Positions 29,735 through 34,367 of a DNA stretch of 34,367 nt are shown here, piece by piece (positions within the stretch are counted from its first letter, which is position 1; each line of letters opens with the position of its first letter). The translations under genes were made by a program, and so were the position numbers. The notes beneath the pieces are model-generated. The model was not told the origin of the DNA. It did not search any database and was given only the letters and a program-made list of their open reading frames with translations. Source of the DNA: Ancylonema sp. (taxonomy: Eukaryota); contig JBFLGF010000028.1 in the NCBI GenBank assembly GCA_050230475.1, forward strand, positions 62,001 to 96,367. Direction: 5' to 3'.

Positions 29735-31037
29735 CTTGGACGGCAAGTCTGATGGGATGGGCCATTTTGGTAGATGACCGTCAAAGATCCGGGAGCAGTC
29801 CGTGTACGCCGATCCTGGAAAGGAGAAGAAAAGAAGATAAAAGAAGAGAAAACACAGGAAGGAAATCTGAGTTTTAATTTGCTGGAAGAAAAGCTACTGG
29901 TATTTGAACACCCAAGGTTTGGTTGGGGGGGTTTGGTGGGGGGGGGAGGTTGTCAAATAACAAGCAGGTTGGTTCTGGCACAGTTGCCTTTAGAAAAGAG
30001 AACAATTCTGAACACTGTTTAAAGAAATCAAAAACTGATGCTGAACTTGTAAAAAATAACAGAGGCCTACTTATAGAAAATCAACTTTGACATTCATGAC
30101 GGGAATTGTGAATTCGAAACTGAAAGAAATGCTGAGGTATCGATATTTAAGACAGGTAACGAATGGTGGTGCCCCCAGTCACCTAGTCCGATCCCGGATC
30201 CAAACGACAACGCCGCCACCCGACTGGTAGGGCTTCCTGTGGGACACGTGGCAGGACACGTGGAGTTAGCTGGGAGCCCTGTGAAGATATGTCATAAGGT
30301 GTGTTTCAATCCATCCTTATCCCGTACGCCGCGCTCCTTCCACACCAGACAATAAGTTAGAGATAAAAATCCCCGCCTCTTGATTTTTGGGACCCCGACA
30401 TCTTGTTCTTCCAGGACCTCGAGAAGCGTCCACTGAGAGTCTAAGCGATCGACTGGAGCTGGGTTTCTTCCTTTTCCCGAATTATCCATTTTTTTCCATT
30501 TCCTAAAGTCCTTCTCTATCAAAGTGGAATGGCTCTACGATTCGAAATCGGAGCGGGGTTGTAATGGGTGCGTAACAGAGGTTCGTCGTGGCATGTACAC
30601 GGTGTAATGTGTGTGCGCGAGTGGACAGTTCTACACATGCTTGCGCATTGCGTGCCCTTACTACAGCCTGTTATTTCCTTAGTATGACTTGTTCTCATGG
30701 CATAGTGGCAGGAATCATGTCTGACGGGGTAACGTGGGCAAGTCGACAGAAACTGTAGTTACGCTTAAGAGGAGCCAACTGAAAGCTTCAGGTATGCATA
30801 TCAGAAAACGAGACGACATACACCCTGCGCTGTATTGGTCTCAATCCTACAGCTCTTTGGTTTTTGCGCCAGCTCACAGAGGCACATTATCATTGAAACC
30901 TGTTTGAACTTACTGAACAGAAGAAGGCCCCCAGCAGCAGCAGCGAGGGAGCTATAGACAAATCGTCGAAGAGTAAGATCAATACAGGCGTCCCACTTTG
31001 TGTCCAGGTAAAGCTCCTTCGGGCGACTTTCGGACAT
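29735..31037 (-). CDS. MIC10: MICOS complex subunit Mic10
   Basis: Exons 31037-30914, 30236-30183 and 29814-29735 splice to MSESRPKELYLDTKWDACIDLTLRRFVYSSLAAAAGGLLLFRSPTSRVAALSFGSGIGLGSAYTDCSRIFDG..., with KWD and GxGxGxG motifs. The last exon and stop are uncertain (~29620 or read-through to ~29672). Confidence 0.93.
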
Positions 31038-31566
31038 TATGAAGGAGAATACACGATGGATCCGGCAGATACAGGCACAATACGACTCGAGGTTAAGACG
31101 ATACCTACAAGTCTGTGCGTGGGAGGCCTGACCGACAGGGTAGTCTGTGTTGGCAAGGAGACACCGTTTACTCTCTGCAGGCAGTTAGCTGGCAGGAGTT
31201 CCTTCTTGCCCAGAGGCCGCAGCTAGCTCGGTGCCACGGTATAACGAACGGAAATTCCTACCAGCCACAAACACCGGTAAAGAGAAAGAATCAATGTACC
31301 GGTAAACGAAGAGATGATCGGTATATCGATCACGACTGAGGGCGCGGACGTGCAAACTGGCTGGCGGAACGTGCGAACTGGCTGGCGGGCTGGCGGGTTG
31401 ACTGGAAGGAAATTGGCGCCAAAACTGGAGCAGCTGGCAGCAGGTAAGCTCCAAGCTGCGGTGAAGTGGGGTCAGTAACTGCATTCCCTGCATACTGGCG
31501 TCGAGTATCTACGTGAGCTGGAAATCTGATATGTAGAGGTGCACTTGGTCGTGTTGCTATGCTGCC
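31038..31566. promoter_or_regulatory. Putative bidirectional promoter between MIC10 and CPSF160
   Basis: The divergent ATGs are 530 bp apart; repeated (AACTG)GCTGGCGG motifs ~31342-31397; candidate 5' UTR intron 31444-31536. Confidence 0.65.
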
Positions 31567-34214
31567 ATGAGTTACGCCGGCTACAAACTTATTCATGCCC
31601 CCACAGCTGTAGATTTCTGCGCAACCGCGTACCTCACACACAGCCCCAGTCCATTGACATCCTTAGACCGAGAGCCAGTTGGTGAATCAAGTGAACGAGT
31701 CGGTGACTTCAACGTTGTAGTCGACGCTTCAAAAACATCCTCCAACCACAGTTCCGCACCAGATGTCTCTGTATCGGATCCCCCCAATCCCACGGACTCT
31801 ACTGCCTTACCGCCCGAACTCGTTGAGCCTGATGATATGGCATTGCTCACCTCCTCCCCGGAGGTCGTGTCCACACCCTGGCGGGTGGACTCCAAGCGCA
31901 CTGTACCCCCAAATCTCATAATTGCAAAAGCTCACGTGTTGGAGGTTTACTACTTGCGAACCGACTGTCCGCCACAAGGGAAAGATTCCAGCGCTGGTGG
32001 AGCAGCGGGAGGGAGCAAGTCCCGTTTGGAGCTGGCATGCGATTACAGGTGCTTTACATGTGACGTGGAATGCCCACGCGTGATTCGCTGACGTGATTCG
32101 CTCACGTGGAGGGTAGAAACACAGTCATTACGGCAGAACCAATGCTGTTGTCATCAGTTGTGTGCATTGAGGGGGGGGGGGTGGCGGGGGTTCTGTCTCA
32201 TCCTCTGGAGGCAATATCTTCGAGTCCCCGGTCTTATTACAAATGCTAGGCACCCATTGGAGCACTCGGACCCTTTCTTTTACATCTCCAGGAATCGACC
32301 CCGAATCTGACGCCCAGCTTTTCGCATACAGAGCAGGTCCGGATTCAGGGGTACTGTCCAGGGGTACTGTTCTGCCCTGTCGTAGTGGCGTTTCTGATCT
32401 TCCGGTGCCGCTGGCATGTCAGGTTGCACGGCACAATCGAAAGCTTGGCTTCCCTTCGCCACTGCCGCGACGAGGGATTGCATGGCCGGGACGCCATCCT
32501 CCTCACATTCAAGGAGGCAAAGGTCTCCGTGCTCTACTTTGATGACGAAACCCACAGCCTACAATGCAGGTGGGGGGCTTCCGCTTTGCGCTGCTTGTGG
32601 CAAAAGGAAAGGGTGGTGGGAGTTGGAAATTCTGAAACCCTTTCTTTCACGTTGCTGTAGCTCTCTGCATTACTACGAGGGTCCAGAGTGGACCTATCTG
32701 AAGAGGGGGAGGGAGAAGTTCGCTCGGGGGCCTCTGGTCAGGGCCGACCCTGCAGGCCGCTGTGCTGGCGTGCTCCTATTCGACAACCAACTCATGCTGC
32801 TCAAGGCCGCGCAGGTGCGTACACGTGTACACATTCGACGAGCGAAAATAGGGTCGGGCTCATTCTTGGATCTTGCTTTCCCTCCCCCAGTCTGGCATGG
32901 GAGACGAGGACCTTCTTCTGGCCCCCCTCCCCCCCCCCTCCTTCTCTCCCCCTCTCCCCGCACGTGTCACGGAGTCGTATGCAGTCGACCTGGGGGCGAT
33001 GGGATACGGGAAGATCGTTGACTTCGTGTTCCTGGCCGGGTTCAATGAACCTGTGGTCGCCCTCCTAGAGGAGAAGGAGGGCAGCTGGGTGGGGAGACCT
33101 GAGGGCAACAAGCTGCCCCAACTCCTCACCTGCTTGACCTTAAACCTCAATCTCCGTCACCACCCCCCCCTCTTCTCCCACGCGGACCTCCCCTATGACG
33201 GCCACTCCCTGGTCCCTGTCCCTGGGCCCCTGGGGGGGGTGCTGCTGCTGGGCGCCTCCTCCATCTTCTACTGCAGCGGCAGCGACCGCTGCGGCCTGGC
33301 GCTCTCCCCGCGGGACGCGTGGGGGGAGGCGGTCCTCGGCCTGCCACGGGTCCGCGCTGACCTGGAGGGTCTGGAGCTGGACTGCGCCCACGTGGCGTGG
33401 GTCGCTGCTGACGTGGCGGTGGTGGCCGCCAAGACGGGCGCCCTCCTCTTCCTCACCCTCCTGTCCGACGGCAGCGGCAGCGTGCGCCAGCTGGCGCTGG
33501 AGAGCAGCATCGGGGCGAGTCTCCCCTCCTGCCTCGTCTCCCTCGGCCCCCACCACCTCTTCCTGGGCAGCAGGGTGGGGAACAGCCTCTTGGTCAGCAT
33601 GCAGGGGGGGGTGGGACGGGAGGCGGCGGGTGGGGCGGAGCCGCCCTTCAAGAGGGCCAAACGTGAAGAAGAAGAAGAAGAGAAAGAATTGCGGCCTGTT
33701 TTGGAGGACACCCTTTTGAACACGGGCCCCATCCGAGACATGGTGTTAGGCCCCAATACGGTCCTGTGCTGCTCCGGCCACGGCAAGACCGGCAGTCTGA
33801 CCTGGCTCCACCGCAGCGTCCCCGCTGAGGTGGTCACAGAAGAGGCCCTGGAGGGGTGCATGGGGGTATGGACGGTGCACGGGGGGGGGGGGGGCGAGCA
33901 CCACGCCCTCATGCTGCTCTCCTTCCCCTCCTCCACCCTCCTGTTCGACACGGCCGACGAAGCGGAGCAGGTGAGTGGGAGCGACTTCTGGACGGATTGC
34001 GCGACGTTGGGGGCAGGCAACCTGTTTGGGAGGCGCCGCATCGTGCAGGTGGGGGCGGCGGGGGTACTGCTGCTGGAGGGCACCTCCCTCGCACAACACC
34101 TGCGAATGGGGGGGGGGGAGGGGGAGGGGGAGGTGGCGGTTGGGGCCGCCCAGGTGGAGGACCCCTTTGTGCTGCTCACCATGACAGATGGCACGCTGAG
34201 ACTGGTGGAGGGAG
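31567..34214 (+). CDS. CPSF160: Cleavage and polyadenylation specificity factor subunit 1 (CPSF160), 5' part; continues beyond the window
   Basis: Exons 31567-32048, 32423-32569, 32661-32814 and 32891-34214 join in frame: MSYAGYKLIHAPTAV, YRLHGTIESL, RDAILLTFKEAKVSVL, SSLHYYEGPEW..LKRGRE.FARGPLVRADP.GRC, LFLGSRVGNSLL, CCSGHGKTGSL. Confidence 0.95.
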
Positions 34215-34367
34215 GTGAGGGGGGCAGGGGGGGGGGGGGGGGGAGGGGGGCGGGGGCGGGGGGGGGGGTCACGTAACTGAGGTAGTGATGGAGTTATTTG
34301 GGGATGGTGGGGACAGTCACCCCTTCCTCCTCCTTCTTCTGAGCGACGGCCAGCTTCTGGTCTACCA

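Noticed and set aside
33140..34276. Long overlapping ORFs and the Gly-rich tail of the 467-aa ORF
   Set aside because: GC-rich shadows of CPSF160; the tail after 34214 is most likely intron (G|GTGAGG donor).

Overview
Eukaryotic genomic DNA with spliceosomal GT-AG introns. Gene and transposon content suggests a streptophyte (charophyte-type) green alga; this is inference. Bases 1-13.4 kb are a nest of LTR retrotransposons. The host element is a decayed Ty3/Gypsy that carries a C5 cytosine DNA methyltransferase upstream of RT-RNaseH-IN and a PHD finger after IN. It is interrupted by the 3' end of a Copia element, by a long (TA)n block holding a minus-strand gag-protease-only Copia element, and by solo LTRs. 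Bases 13.4-21 kb are intergenic TE debris: a CRE-like RLE LINE fragment split by a solo LTR, a Tc1/mariner MITE and hAT-like remnants. Three host genes follow: a ~1208-aa WEB-family-like coiled-coil protein ending in a CaaX box (+), MIC10 (-), and the 5' part of CPSF160 (+), which is head-to-head with MIC10. The most notable signals are the methyltransferase plus PHD retrotransposon, four LTR insertions with 5-bp TSDs but non-canonical right ends (one carrying an extra PBS copy), and a splice acceptor conserved in two Copia 3' UTRs. All alignments and motif calls were made by eye.
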